From NCBI GenBank assembly GCA_964526705.1, contig CAZGLD010000005.1, forward strand, positions 21,852-85,851: a stretch of 64,000 nt of DNA. Direction: 5' to 3'. Positions 41,271 to 51,954 of the stretch are shown here, one piece after another (within the stretch, counting starts at the first letter, position 1; the number at the start of each line of letters is the position of its first letter). The notes below the pieces were generated by a model. It was given only the letters and a program-made list of their open reading frames with translations. It did no database searches and had not been told where the DNA came from. Both the position numbers and the translations under genes were made by a program. This DNA is from an uncultured Methylobacillus sp. GTDB taxonomy: Bacteria > Pseudomonadota > Gammaproteobacteria > Burkholderiales > Methylophilaceae.

Positions 41271-42991
41271 GCACTTTTAACATTCATGGAATTGCAGTTG
41301 CATCAGGAATAGCAATTGGAAAAGCTCACTTAGTAACAAACGTAATAATGGAGGTTCAGCATTATAAAATTAGCAAAGATTCCGTTGATGAAGAAATTAG
41401 CAGGCTATCTCAAGCAATTCATACTGTTAAAGATGATCTAATAAATATAAAAAAAGAGTTGCAAAAGAAGGCATCAAATAATTTTGAGTCTTTCATTGAT
41501 GTACATTTAATGATGCTTGAAGATGAAAACTTTTCATTGAATCCACAGCAAATTATCAAAAAAGAACAATGTAATGCTGAATGGGCAATAAAAAGTCAAC
41601 TTGATACTCTAGTATCAAGATTTGATGATATTGATGATACTTACATCAAGGAAAGAAAATTAGATGTAACTCAGGTAGCTGAAAGAATTATAAAAGCGCT
41701 ACTGGGTCACAAGAAGCAAATAATTCAGACAGAAAATCAATTAAATATTTTAATAGCTCATGATATATCTCCAGCAGATGCACTGCAATTCAAGAAAAAT
41801 AGTTACGCAGCTTTTATAACTGAGCATGGAGGGACCAACTCACATACAGCTATTCTTGCAAGAGGTTTAAATATTCCTTCAATAGTAGCAGTTAAAAATG
41901 CTAGGAAATTAATCAAAAATAATGACACTATTATTGTCGATGGAGATAGTGGGATAGTAATTGTAAACCCTAGCGATAAAATTTTATTAGTATATGAATA
42001 TAAAAAAAATCAATGGGAAACTGAAAATAAAAAATTAAAAAAAATTATTAATATACCAAGCACCACGATCGACAAACAAGAGATTTCTTTAATGGCTAAT
42101 ATTGAGGACTTAAGCGATGTTAAATCAGTTTTAGAGAGTAAAGCATCAGGGATAGGGTTATTTCGTACTGAATTTCTTTTTATGAATCGTGAAAAATTAC
42201 CTGACGAAGAAGAGCAATATAACACTTATAAGTCAATCGCTAAATCTATGAAAGGTAAGACTGTAGTTATTAGGACATTAGATTCTGGTGCCGATAAAAC
42301 AACTGCAGCTGATAAAACTCAGGCTACTAATCCTGCACTAGGTTTGAGAGCAATTAGATTATGCTTGTCCCAACCTCATTTATTCATAACGCAACTAAGA
42401 GCTATTTTAAGATCATCAGCCCATGGAAAAATTAGAATATTAATACCAATGCTTTCATCATTAGGCGAATTAAAACAAGTAAAGCTTTTAATAAAGAGAG
42501 CAAAAGAATCTTTAGTAATTGAAAAAATAAAATTTGATAATGAAATTCTTGTTGGGGGTATGATAGAAATTCCTGCAGTAGCTATTAATGCAGAGGCGTT
42601 TGCTGCTGAATTAGATTTTTTATCAATTGGCACTAATGATCTTATTCAATATACGCTTGCAATTGACAGAACGGATGACAGTGTATCGCATCTTTACAAT
42701 TCTATTCATCCAGCTATTTTAAAATTAATATCCAATACTATTGACGCTGCCAAAAAATTTAATAAAGATGTTGCTGTATGTGGAGAAATGGCAGGAGATC
42801 CAAAGCTTACGAAACTTTTTATTGGAATGGGATTAACAAACTTCTCTATGCATCCGTCAAGCATATTGAGTGTCAAAAAACAAATATTAGAGTCAGATGC
42901 AATTAAACTTAAATCATTTTCAAAAAAAGTTTTAAAGTTGAATGATTCAGAAAAAATAGAAACTTTAATTAATACAATTAATCAAAAATAA
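41267..42991 (+). CDS. ptsI: PTS enzyme I
   Basis: GGTNSHTAI, GLFRTEF, SIGTNDL, VCGEMAG; no GAF domain. Confidence 0.95.
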   Translation: MSTFNIHGIAVASGIAIGKAHLVTNVIMEVQHYKISKDSVDEEISRLSQAIHTVKDDLINIKKELQKKASNNFESFIDVHLMMLEDENFSLNPQQIIKKEQCNAEWAIKSQLDTLVSRFDDIDDTYIKERKLDVTQVAERIIKALLGHKKQIIQTENQLNILIAHDISPADALQFKKNSYAAFITEHGGTNSHTAILARGLNIPSIVAVKNARKLIKNNDTIIVDGDSGIVIVNPSDKILLVYEYKKNQWETENKKLKKIINIPSTTIDKQEISLMANIEDLSDVKSVLESKASGIGLFRTEFLFMNREKLPDEEEQYNTYKSIAKSMKGKTVVIRTLDSGADKTTAADKTQATNPALGLRAIRLCLSQPHLFITQLRAILRSSAHGKIRILIPMLSSLGELKQVKLLIKRAKESLVIEKIKFDNEILVGGMIEIPAVAINAEAFAAELDFLSIGTNDLIQYTLAIDRTDDSVSHLYNSIHPAILKLISNTIDAAKKFNKDVAVCGEMAGDPKLTKLFIGMGLTNFSMHPSSILSVKKQILESDAIKLKSFSKKVLKLNDSEKIETLINTINQK

Positions 42992-43019
42992 TAAATTAAT
43001 TACCCTTTGGAGAATAACA

Positions 43020-45044
43020 ATTAATAACCCCCTGTTAGATACAAATAATCTTCCCGATTTTTCAAAAATAAAAGAAAAACATATTAGTGTAGCTATAGAT
43101 AAGATAATACAATCAAATAATTTAGCCATTAGGGATATTGAAAAAAATAGCTCGCATGCTAACTGGGAAAATTTTGTGGAACCGCTTGAAAAAATAGATG
43201 AGAAACTTAGCCGTGTATGGTCGCAAATCTCACATCTTAATTCAGTAATGAATTCTGAAACACTACGAAAAGAATACAATAAGAACGTAGCTAAAATTAC
43301 TAATTATTATTCAGAATTAACCCAAAATCTAAAAATATTTCAAGGGTTCCAATATTTGAAAAAAAAAGAAAACTATAGCCAGTTAAATCCAATTCAAAAA
43401 AAAATAGTTAACGATGAATTGAAAGGCTTTGAGTTAGGTGGCGTTGGGTTGCCCAAAAGTAAACGTGATTCATTTAAATTAATAAAATCTAAATTAGCTA
43501 AACTGAGCTCTCAATTTGAAGAAAATATACTTGATTCAATAAATGACTTTTCCCTTCATATTGAATCAAAAAAAATAGTTGAAGGAATACCAAAAGATGT
43601 GTTGGATTCTGCTCAGAAACTTGCTAAAGAAAATAATAAAAAGGGATGGCTTTTTACACTCGATTTTCCAAGCTACATTCCTCTTATGCAATATGCAAAA
43701 AATAGAAAGCTTAGAGAAGATATGTACCGAGCATATGCCACAAAAGCCTCAGAATTATCTAGCAAAAAATTAGACAATGGTCCTTGTATTAACGAAATTT
43801 TATTGCTTAAACAGAAATTAGCTACTCTCCTATCTTATGAAAATTTTGCAGAAATGTCACTTGCTACAAAAATGGCTAATTCAAGCAATGAAGTGGTTAA
43901 ATTCCTTAATAAATTAGCAAAAAAATCAAAGCCATATGCTAAGAAAGATATGAAAGAACTAAATGAAATTGCAAAGCATTATGACATTGATAACATCGAA
44001 GCCTGGGACATTGCTTACCTTTCAGAAATAATTAAAGAAAGAAAGTTTAATTTTTCTGATCTTGAAATCAAAAACTACTTTCCCAAGCCTAAGGTATTAA
44101 ATGGATTATTCAAATTAGTCAATAAAATTTATGGGGTTAATATTCGTAACGCAAATACTAGTGTATGGCACAAAGACGTTGAGTTTTATGAAATTTATGA
44201 TGATAATAATCAATCCATAGGCCATTTCTACCTTGATTTGTATGCGCGTAAGAATAAAAGAGGGGGGGCCTGGATGGATGATGCTAGGGCTAGGTTTAAG
44301 TTTGATGATATTACGTCAACTCCCATAGCATTTCTTACATGTAACTTTTCTGGCCCTTCAAGAGGTAAGCCAGCTTATTTTACCCATGATGAGGTTATAA
44401 CTCTTTTTCATGAATTTGGTCATGGCCTCCATCACCTTCTTACTGAAATAGATAACTATAGCGTTTCTGGAATTAAAAATGTTGAATGGGATGCCGTAGA
44501 ATTACCTAGTCAATTTATGGAAAATTTTTGTTGGGAGTGGTCAGTCATAAAAGATATGACTGAGCATGTTGATACGAAGAAAACTATGCCCAAAAGTCTT
44601 TTCAATAAAATGACCGCAGCAAAAAACTTTCAATCAGGAATGCAAACTCTAAGGCAGGTTGAATTTGCATTATTTGATATATTGCTTCATAGCTCTTATA
44701 ACCCCAAAGATAAAAAATTTCTAGATTTACTTGAAGAGGTTAGAAATGATGTCGCGGTGGTAAGGCCTCCAAAATGGAATAGATTCCCGCATAGCTTTTC
44801 ACATATTTTTGCTGGTGGCTATGCTGCTGGATATTATAGTTATAAATGGGCTGAAGTATTATCGGCAGATGTTTACAGCTTATTTGAGGAAAAGGGTGTT
44901 TTTTCGAGAGCTATCGGGAGTAAATTTCGTAATGAAGTTTTAGCCAAAGGAGGCTCTAGATCAGCGCTTCAATCTTTTATAGCATTTAGAGGTAGGAGAC
45001 CAAAAATTGATGCTCTGTTAAATCATTCAGGGTTAAAGTCTTAA
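43020..45044 (+). CDS. prlC: Oligopeptidase A (M3), probable ATT start
   Basis: HEFGHGLH, WDAVELPSQ, GYYSYKWAE; conserved N-terminus NPLL...LPDFSKI lies in frame upstream of the tracked GTG 43176. Confidence 0.92.
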   Translation: MNNPLLDTNNLPDFSKIKEKHISVAIDKIIQSNNLAIRDIEKNSSHANWENFVEPLEKIDEKLSRVWSQISHLNSVMNSETLRKEYNKNVAKITNYYSELTQNLKIFQGFQYLKKKENYSQLNPIQKKIVNDELKGFELGGVGLPKSKRDSFKLIKSKLAKLSSQFEENILDSINDFSLHIESKKIVEGIPKDVLDSAQKLAKENNKKGWLFTLDFPSYIPLMQYAKNRKLREDMYRAYATKASELSSKKLDNGPCINEILLLKQKLATLLSYENFAEMSLATKMANSSNEVVKFLNKLAKKSKPYAKKDMKELNEIAKHYDIDNIEAWDIAYLSEIIKERKFNFSDLEIKNYFPKPKVLNGLFKLVNKIYGVNIRNANTSVWHKDVEFYEIYDDNNQSIGHFYLDLYARKNKRGGAWMDDARARFKFDDITSTPIAFLTCNFSGPSRGKPAYFTHDEVITLFHEFGHGLHHLLTEIDNYSVSGIKNVEWDAVELPSQFMENFCWEWSVIKDMTEHVDTKKTMPKSLFNKMTAAKNFQSGMQTLRQVEFALFDILLHSSYNPKDKKFLDLLEEVRNDVAVVRPPKWNRFPHSFSHIFAGGYAAGYYSYKWAEVLSADVYSLFEEKGVFSRAIGSKFRNEVLAKGGSRSALQSFIAFRGRRPKIDALLNHSGLKS

Positions 45045-45823
45045 TGAAGGTTGTTACCTGGAATGTTAATTCCCTCAATGTTAGATTAGAGCACGTTATA
45101 GATTGGATTAAATCCAATAAACCAGACATTCTGTGCTTACAGGAAACCAAACAAACCAACGAAAATTTTCAACATGATGCATTCTCATCCATAGGCTATA
45201 AGTCTTATCATAACGGGCAAAAAACTTACAACGGTGTTGCGCTTATTAGTAATAAGCATTTAGAAAATGTGAGTAATGATTTACCAAATTTTAATGATTT
45301 GCAAAAAAGAATCATAAGTGGCCATTATCCATCAGAGAAATTTGGTTTAGTTCAGATAGTCAGTGCTTATATTCCTAATGGTCAATCATTAGATTCAGAT
45401 AAATTTCAGTATAAAATTGAATGGTTAGATTCTTTTTATAAATGGTCCAAAAATTTATTAAGTAACAACAGCCATGTGATCCTAACAGGAGATTTCAATA
45501 TTGCCCCTGATGATAAGGATTGTCATAATCCAGATGATTGGATCGGTAAAATTTTAGTGTCGCCAAAAGAAAGAGATTATTTTAAAAAAATACTAAGTAA
45601 TGGTTTTATTGATAGTTTTAGGAGTTTAAATCCAGATGATCAATTATATTCATGGTGGGACTATAGAATGGCAGGTTATAGAAGAAATTTAGGAATGAGA
45701 ATCGATCACATACTTTCAAGTGAATCCCTTAGAAAAAATTTGTTCACTTCTTATATTGATGAAGAACCAAGAAAGCTTGAAAGACCATCAGATCATACCC
45801 CTGTCATAACTGAATTTAAATAA
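45044..45823 (+). CDS. xth: Exodeoxyribonuclease III
   Basis: TWNVNS, LQETK, GDFNIA, SWWDYR, SDHTP. Confidence 0.96.
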   Translation: MKVVTWNVNSLNVRLEHVIDWIKSNKPDILCLQETKQTNENFQHDAFSSIGYKSYHNGQKTYNGVALISNKHLENVSNDLPNFNDLQKRIISGHYPSEKFGLVQIVSAYIPNGQSLDSDKFQYKIEWLDSFYKWSKNLLSNNSHVILTGDFNIAPDDKDCHNPDDWIGKILVSPKERDYFKKILSNGFIDSFRSLNPDDQLYSWWDYRMAGYRRNLGMRIDHILSSESLRKNLFTSYIDEEPRKLERPSDHTPVITEFK

Positions 45824-47059
45824 TTATTTTTTTTTCAATCCGAGCTGTTTTAATTTTCTATATAAATGTGTTCTTTCAATACCAGATATTTTTGCAAGCT
45901 CGTTAGTCCCAGTACCTTTTATGATATGAAAATTGAAATAATCTTTCTCAAACTCCACCCTCGCATCTCTTAAAGTTTTATTATAAAGATTATCATTATT
46001 TAAACTTTTTTCGCTTCCTTGTTTTTTTTTGTCTTCTCTCTGTAAGAATTGATTTACATCCTCACTATCTATTAACTCTCCTGAGGTTTGGCTAAGGAGG
46101 GAAGCAACACATTGATCTAAGTAGTCAATATTTAAAAAATAAGAGTTGAGTCTTAAAATATTTAAAGCAGATATATCAAAGTATTTATATCCTGTATTTA
46201 AATTTTGGGATATGTAAAAATCCAAAAAAGCTTTTGCATATTCTGGAATTAGATCTGTATTTTTTGCTATTGGTAAAGCTATAAAATTTTTATTGAATGT
46301 TTTATTTTCAGATAGTAATGATCTAAATATATTTACTCTTTTATCAACAATGATAACTTTTATCTTATTATTACTAAATAAATCAATTAATCCACTTAGC
46401 TCCTCTTTGCTGTAATTTGATAGTCTCTCATACTGCAATATTAATAAATTATTTTTACCCTTTGCCTGTACTTTTTTTAACAATGAAATATCAAGTTCAG
46501 TACCTGCATCTAATTTGAAAAAATCATTTTCAAAAAGAGATTCTAAAATAATATTTAAAAAATTTCCTTGAAGGCCTTCTATGCAAATTAAATTTTCTTG
46601 TTTTATAGACTTTAGTTGATCTCGTAATATTTTTACGCACGCATGTTCATTTGACTCTATAAATTCTCTATTTAATTTAGTAGTATTTAATGGAGATTTT
46701 AGACTATTGCTAACTGTTTTTAATAATTTCTGAAGTGATATCGGTTTCTCGAGGAAATCTAAGGCGCCAATTTTTGTTGCCTCTATAGCTGTATCAATAG
46801 TACCGTGTCCTGACATCATTACCACTGGGCATTTTAACTCATTACCTTTTTTCCAATCTCTTAACAAAGAAATACCATCGCAATCTGGCATCCATATATC
46901 AAGTAGAACTAGATCTAAATTTTCATCTTTTTGAATTTTTTTAGCCTCATCAGCATTTTTTGCAATGTAAACTTTATATCCTTCGTCCGCTAATATTTCT
47001 TTCAACGATTGTCTTATATCTACCTCATCATCTACAATTAATATCTTAGTTTTTTTCAT
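45824..47059 (-). CDS. ntrX: NtrX-like response regulator with degenerate AAA+ region
   Basis: LLDIWMPD receiver, C-terminal ERTHLYRKLK HTH; synteny with ntrY. Confidence 0.88.
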   Translation of the reverse strand: MKKTKILIVDDEVDIRQSLKEILADEGYKVYIAKNADEAKKIQKDENLDLVLLDIWMPDCDGISLLRDWKKGNELKCPVVMMSGHGTIDTAIEATKIGALDFLEKPISLQKLLKTVSNSLKSPLNTTKLNREFIESNEHACVKILRDQLKSIKQENLICIEGLQGNFLNIILESLFENDFFKLDAGTELDISLLKKVQAKGKNNLLILQYERLSNYSKEELSGLIDLFSNNKIKVIIVDKRVNIFRSLLSENKTFNKNFIALPIAKNTDLIPEYAKAFLDFYISQNLNTGYKYFDISALNILRLNSYFLNIDYLDQCVASLLSQTSGELIDSEDVNQFLQREDKKKQGSEKSLNNDNLYNKTLRDARVEFEKDYFNFHIIKGTGTNELAKISGIERTHLYRKLKQLGLKKK

Positions 47060-49178
47060 TTTCAGCTAATGGTAATTTTACGAGTACTGTGGTTCCAACC
47101 TTCTTATTATTCTTTAATGTAATAGAGCCATCGTGTTCATCAATTATCTTTAGCACAATAGCTAAACCTAGACCGGTACCATGCGATTTCGATGTTACAT
47201 ATGGTTCAAATATGTTAGCTAAAATTTCCTGAGGTATCCCTGCTCCATTATCTTCTACCTCCAAGCATAATTTATTTTTATTATCTTTAAGTCTTAATAT
47301 AATACAAGGATCTTTTACGTTAACCATAGCATCTTTTGCATTTTCAATTAAATTGATTATTACTTGTCTTAATTTATTTTCATCGCCTTGAACAATTAGT
47401 ATTTTTGAGGGGCTTTCATATTTTATTTCGATAGCAACAGCCTCATATAAATCTCTTACATTACGAATTAATAAATCAATGTTTATGATTTTTTTTTCAA
47501 TTTTTGCTGGCCTAGCATAATCTGAAAATTCATTTACCATAATTTTTAAGGCATTAACTTGGTTTACTATAGTATGTGTTGCCTTAGATAAAATATCCTT
47601 ATCCTCTTCATTCAATTTATTCTTAAGTTTATGTTCAACCCTTTCAGCCGATAACTGAATTGGAGTGAGTGGATTTTTAATTTCATGTGCAAGTCTTCGC
47701 GCAACTTCAGACCAAGCCTGATGCCTTTGACCCTCGGTTACCTCAGTAATATCATCGATCAACAATATATAATTTATATCTCCATCTTGTTTTATAGAAT
47801 TTATCTGAACTCTAATTATCCTCTCCTTCTCATTACTAACGATTTTAAATTCTTGGCTAATCCCTTTGCTTATTATCTTTTTATTAACATATAAAAAAAT
47901 ATAATCTACTATAGGTTTATATATACGATTTTTACTAAGAACTTCACCTAAAATCTTATTCTTGACAACACGCCTACCAACCTGAAGAGTCTTTAATCCT
48001 GCCGGGTTATGCAGCTTTATTCTAGTCAGCTCGTCAATTACAATTACCCCTGAAGTTAAGTTATTGAGAATTGTATCTAAAAACATTCTAGATAGCTCAA
48101 GCCTAAACTGATTTTTTTCAGCATTTTTTGTGGCAGAATCAAGTTGTTTGGTCATACTATTAAACGATTTTACTAACAGACCTAGCTCGTCTTTCTCACC
48201 TTGCTCTGGAATTGTTTTGTTGTAATTACCCTTTGATATCTCGCGAGTTGCATCTGCCAATTGTGATAAGGGCTGGGAAAATCTTCTGCTAATAACAAAG
48301 GAAATAGCTACTGCAGATAAAATTGCTAAAAGTAAAACCAAAGTTAATGTTAGGGTATAAATAATATTTAACGATTTTCTGCTATAAGCTAATCTTTGAT
48401 AATCCTCATAAACAGATTCAACAGAAATGGCAAGGTTAGCAATCTCACTTGGTATAGGCTGTTTTATCTCTAGAAAAATATTATTCAACGACATATCATT
48501 GTTTGAAATAATAGGCATATATGCCCTTAAGATAATCTTGTCATTTACATCCTCAATAACTCCATAAAAATCATTCGCAGACCTTTCAACATCTTCATAT
48601 TTTGGTATAACTGGAATTTGTGCATCATTTGCACTTGATAGTGCCAATATATTTAATTGTTTATCATAGATAATAACTTCTTCAATATTGAATTTCTCTC
48701 GCATATCCCTCAAAACATTACTTCTTTGATCAATTGGAGTATTTCCAATGGTGTAGGACATACTTCTACTTTTTAATTCCACATCTCTCATCAGAATATT
48801 CAAGGTTTTCTGTCCTAAACTTAAGCCACCTTCTAGTGCAGATTCAACCTTTACGTCAAACCATGAGTTGATTGATTTTGTTAAGAAATTTACTGAGACT
48901 AAATAAACAATTGAAACTGGTATTATTACCATGAGAGCGAATGAAATCACAAGTCTAAGGGTTAATTTGCTACCTACAATCTGTTTTTTTATACTGTTTA
49001 ATAGTCTAAAAATCTGAATGCCAATTAATAAGACTAGAGCAGCAATGAAAATAATATTAAATATAAAAAGCAACCTAAATGTTTCGGTAGATATTAGAGT
49101 TGTATTTCCTAATGATTTTGCTAACAGTATTAGAAGTGTAATGCCTATTAATGAAATTATTGGGATAAGATATCTCAA
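47046..49178 (-). CDS. ntrY: NtrY-like sensor histidine kinase
   Basis: HAMP, PAS, AHEIKNPLTPIQL, GTGLGL. Confidence 0.9.
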   Translation of the reverse strand: MRYLIPIISLIGITLLILLAKSLGNTTLISTETFRLLFIFNIIFIAALVLLIGIQIFRLLNSIKKQIVGSKLTLRLVISFALMVIIPVSIVYLVSVNFLTKSINSWFDVKVESALEGGLSLGQKTLNILMRDVELKSRSMSYTIGNTPIDQRSNVLRDMREKFNIEEVIIYDKQLNILALSSANDAQIPVIPKYEDVERSANDFYGVIEDVNDKIILRAYMPIISNNDMSLNNIFLEIKQPIPSEIANLAISVESVYEDYQRLAYSRKSLNIIYTLTLTLVLLLAILSAVAISFVISRRFSQPLSQLADATREISKGNYNKTIPEQGEKDELGLLVKSFNSMTKQLDSATKNAEKNQFRLELSRMFLDTILNNLTSGVIVIDELTRIKLHNPAGLKTLQVGRRVVKNKILGEVLSKNRIYKPIVDYIFLYVNKKIISKGISQEFKIVSNEKERIIRVQINSIKQDGDINYILLIDDITEVTEGQRHQAWSEVARRLAHEIKNPLTPIQLSAERVEHKLKNKLNEEDKDILSKATHTIVNQVNALKIMVNEFSDYARPAKIEKKIINIDLLIRNVRDLYEAVAIEIKYESPSKILIVQGDENKLRQVIINLIENAKDAMVNVKDPCIILRLKDNKNKLCLEVEDNGAGIPQEILANIFEPYVTSKSHGTGLGLAIVLKIIDEHDGSITLKNNKKVGTTVLVKLPLAENEKN

Positions 49179-49756
49179 TTGTTCACCTCAATATACTTTC
49201 TAATTTCTTCTGATTGAAAATCCCATGCCTGATCTTTTATATTAATTTGCATCGGTTTTGGTAGATGTTTTTTATTTAATTTTATTTTTAAACTTACCAA
49301 TAAGTTCTTATTTTTCCCGTCTAAACTCCCAACATTCCATCTTTCAATTTTCTTTACGTAATCCAATCCATCCTGAAGCTCTTCAAAAAAAGCTTTTTCC
49401 CCATTTATATTAATCACTTCATATTTCTCAAGTAAATTTCTATATTTAATTTTATATTGACTTTTTTTAACTAAAATCTTGTCGTCAAACCAATAGGGAT
49501 TATCTTTGATTAAGGAAAAGTTTATATCAAACACAAGAGGTATACCATTTTTCAAACCATCAATAATATTAGTAGTGAGGTAAAGTTCTTGATCAAAATC
49601 AATGAGCAAATCTTTGTTAATTTGTGCTACTGATAAATTATTCACAAGAATAGTTTTTTTTGATGCCATTGCATGCATCGAAAAAGAAATTATTAATATA
49701 AGCGATATGATTGATATACTATCTTTTTTCAAGAATTTCATAATATAGTCCATCAT
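49175..49756 (-). CDS. DUF4390-family exported protein
   Basis: GIPLVF, YWFD, LPKPMQI; conserved position between rsmB and ntrY. Confidence 0.8.
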   Translation of the reverse strand: MMDYIMKFLKKDSISIISLILIISFSMHAMASKKTILVNNLSVAQINKDLLIDFDQELYLTTNIIDGLKNGIPLVFDINFSLIKDNPYWFDDKILVKKSQYKIKYRNLLEKYEVININGEKAFFEELQDGLDYVKKIERWNVGSLDGKNKNLLVSLKIKLNKKHLPKPMQINIKDQAWDFQSEEIRKYIEVNN

Positions 49757-50993
49757 GATTTTTTGAAGGTACCAATTGATTTTTTATGTGATAAATATTT
49801 TTTGGAAAGTTCAACTCTCCCCTAATTATATTTGGCTTTCCTTCACAGAAGCTTGATATAACTTCATCGTTTTCCTCTTTAAAAATTGAGCAAGTCACAT
49901 ACAAGAGTTTACCTTGAGGTTTTAATAATGGCCAAGCATTGTTCAACATATCTAATTGATTTTTTGCAAATTTTTCAAAATCGTTTGCCCTTCTAAGCCA
50001 CTTTATATCCACATGTCGCCTCACTATACCTGATGCGGAACATGGTACATCAAGTAAAATACGATCAAATGGTATCTTATCCCACCATGCATTTTTATTG
50101 TCTAGAGGCTTCGCTATAACTTGTGCTTTTAATTCTAATCTATCCAAATTTTCTTTAATTTTAGTTGTGCGCAAAATACTTTTTTCTAAAGCAGTTAAAT
50201 TCACATTGTAATTTTCAAGAATACTTGTTGTTTTACCTCCGGGGGCAGCGCAAGCATCTAAAACAAAATGGCCGTCTTCTATATCTAAAAGATTTGCAGC
50301 TAATTGCGCACCATAATCTTGAACAGAAAAAAAACCCTCTGTAAATCCTGGTATTTCTCTAACATTCATAGCGTCTTTAAGAATTAGTCCTTCATTTGTA
50401 AGGGGGGAAAAGTTAATCCCACTATCATTTAATATTTTTTTGTAGCTAGCTACATCAATTTTTCTTTTATTAATTCTTACTGTCATTGGTGGATGATCAT
50501 TACCAATATTTAAAATATCAGTCCAATCTTTTTTATACTGTTCTTTAACTTTATTTATCCACCAATTAGGATAATTAAATTTTGTTTCTTCTTGTTCTAT
50601 AAATCTTTTTGTAAGACTATCCTTATTTCTTAGAAAATTTCTTAGGACAGCATTAACAAAATTACTTTTTCTAAAATCAATTTTTTTTGCTGCTTTGACA
50701 GCTTGATTAACAATAGTGAAATCACTATGCGATTGATGCGACAGCTGAAATAAGGCAACGTGAATAAGTGATTCTACTAATCTATTTTCTATTTTATTTT
50801 TAACGAGATGATTAATTAAATATTTTGACTGACCCATATACCTGAGGGCACCATATGTTATAGCTTTTGTTTGAGATTGTTGTTCAAAACCTTTAGGATT
50901 TTTAAAAACATTTTCGAAAGCGATGTCTAAGTTACTGCCTCCTAATATTTTATCAATAATAATAGCTGCGTATCTTTGAGATTCATGCATCAA
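49719..50993 (-). CDS. rsmB: 16S rRNA m5C967 methyltransferase
   Basis: NusB-like N-terminus, DACAAPGGKT, DVPCSASG, YVTCS; follows fmt. Confidence 0.94.
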   Translation of the reverse strand: MMHESQRYAAIIIDKILGGSNLDIAFENVFKNPKGFEQQSQTKAITYGALRYMGQSKYLINHLVKNKIENRLVESLIHVALFQLSHQSHSDFTIVNQAVKAAKKIDFRKSNFVNAVLRNFLRNKDSLTKRFIEQEETKFNYPNWWINKVKEQYKKDWTDILNIGNDHPPMTVRINKRKIDVASYKKILNDSGINFSPLTNEGLILKDAMNVREIPGFTEGFFSVQDYGAQLAANLLDIEDGHFVLDACAAPGGKTTSILENYNVNLTALEKSILRTTKIKENLDRLELKAQVIAKPLDNKNAWWDKIPFDRILLDVPCSASGIVRRHVDIKWLRRANDFEKFAKNQLDMLNNAWPLLKPQGKLLYVTCSIFKEENDEVISSFCEGKPNIIRGELNFPKNIYHIKNQLVPSKNHDGLYYEILEKR

Positions 50994-51940
50994 TTTAATA
51001 TTTCTCCATTTTTTATTTTATATCTTTCAATAAAATCTTGCGCGTTAATTTTTTTTGCTCCCTCTAGCTGAACTTCAATTAACTCTATAGCACCGTCTTT
51101 TAATATAAGAATCAATTTTTGATCAATTACGCTCATATTTCCTGCTTTTAATTTATTATTTTTAGTAATATTGATTTGAGCAGCATTCCATATCTTTAAT
51201 AATTTTTCTCTAAATGTATAGACTATTCCAGGGTAAGGATTAAATGCCTTTATCTTTCTAATTAATTTTTCAGGATTATCGGTAAGATCTAATTTTGCTT
51301 CATTTTTATTTATTTTATTTGCATATGATGCTTCAGACTCAACTTGGCTAGTGAAAGTTATATTATTTTCTAAAGCTATGTCCTCTAGTACTGCTAACAT
51401 AAGTTCTCCACCAACTATAGCAAGACGATCAGTCATATCACCTGTGGTATGTTGAGCAGATAAATTCATACTGCTTTTGCTTATCATAGGTCCAGCATCT
51501 AGCTTTTCAACTACTTTCATAATAGTAACGCCTATTTTACTGTCGCCATTTTCAATAGCTCTATGAATGGGTGCAGCCCCTCTCCATTTTGGGAGCAAGG
51601 AAGCATGAACGTTAAAACAGCCTATACCAAATAAGTCTAATATTTCCTCAGGTATGATCATCCCATACGCTACCACAACTAAAATATCTGCTTTTAAATC
51701 CTTTAATGTATTAAATACTTTGCGATCTTTAAGTGAGGTAGGTTGTAATATTGGTAAATTTAATTTATTTGCTACGTTCTTAACTTGGCTGGGCATTAAT
51801 TTCATCCCTCTTCCAGCTTTTCTATCCGGCTGAGTTAAAACACAAACAATTTCGAAAGATGCATTATAAATTTTTTCAAACGTAGGTACGGCGAATTGTG
51901 GAGTTCCAGCGAAAATAATTTTAAGTTTTTTATTCATCAA
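50990..51940 (-). CDS. fmt: Methionyl-tRNA formyltransferase
   Basis: FAGTPQFA, TQPDR, NVHASLLPKWRGAAP. Confidence 0.97.
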   Translation of the reverse strand: MMNKKLKIIFAGTPQFAVPTFEKIYNASFEIVCVLTQPDRKAGRGMKLMPSQVKNVANKLNLPILQPTSLKDRKVFNTLKDLKADILVVVAYGMIIPEEILDLFGIGCFNVHASLLPKWRGAAPIHRAIENGDSKIGVTIMKVVEKLDAGPMISKSSMNLSAQHTTGDMTDRLAIVGGELMLAVLEDIALENNITFTSQVESEASYANKINKNEAKLDLTDNPEKLIRKIKAFNPYPGIVYTFREKLLKIWNAAQINITKNNKLKAGNMSVIDQKLILILKDGAIELIEVQLEGAKKINAQDFIERYKIKNGEILN

Positions 51941-51954
51941 TTATAATCACTAAT

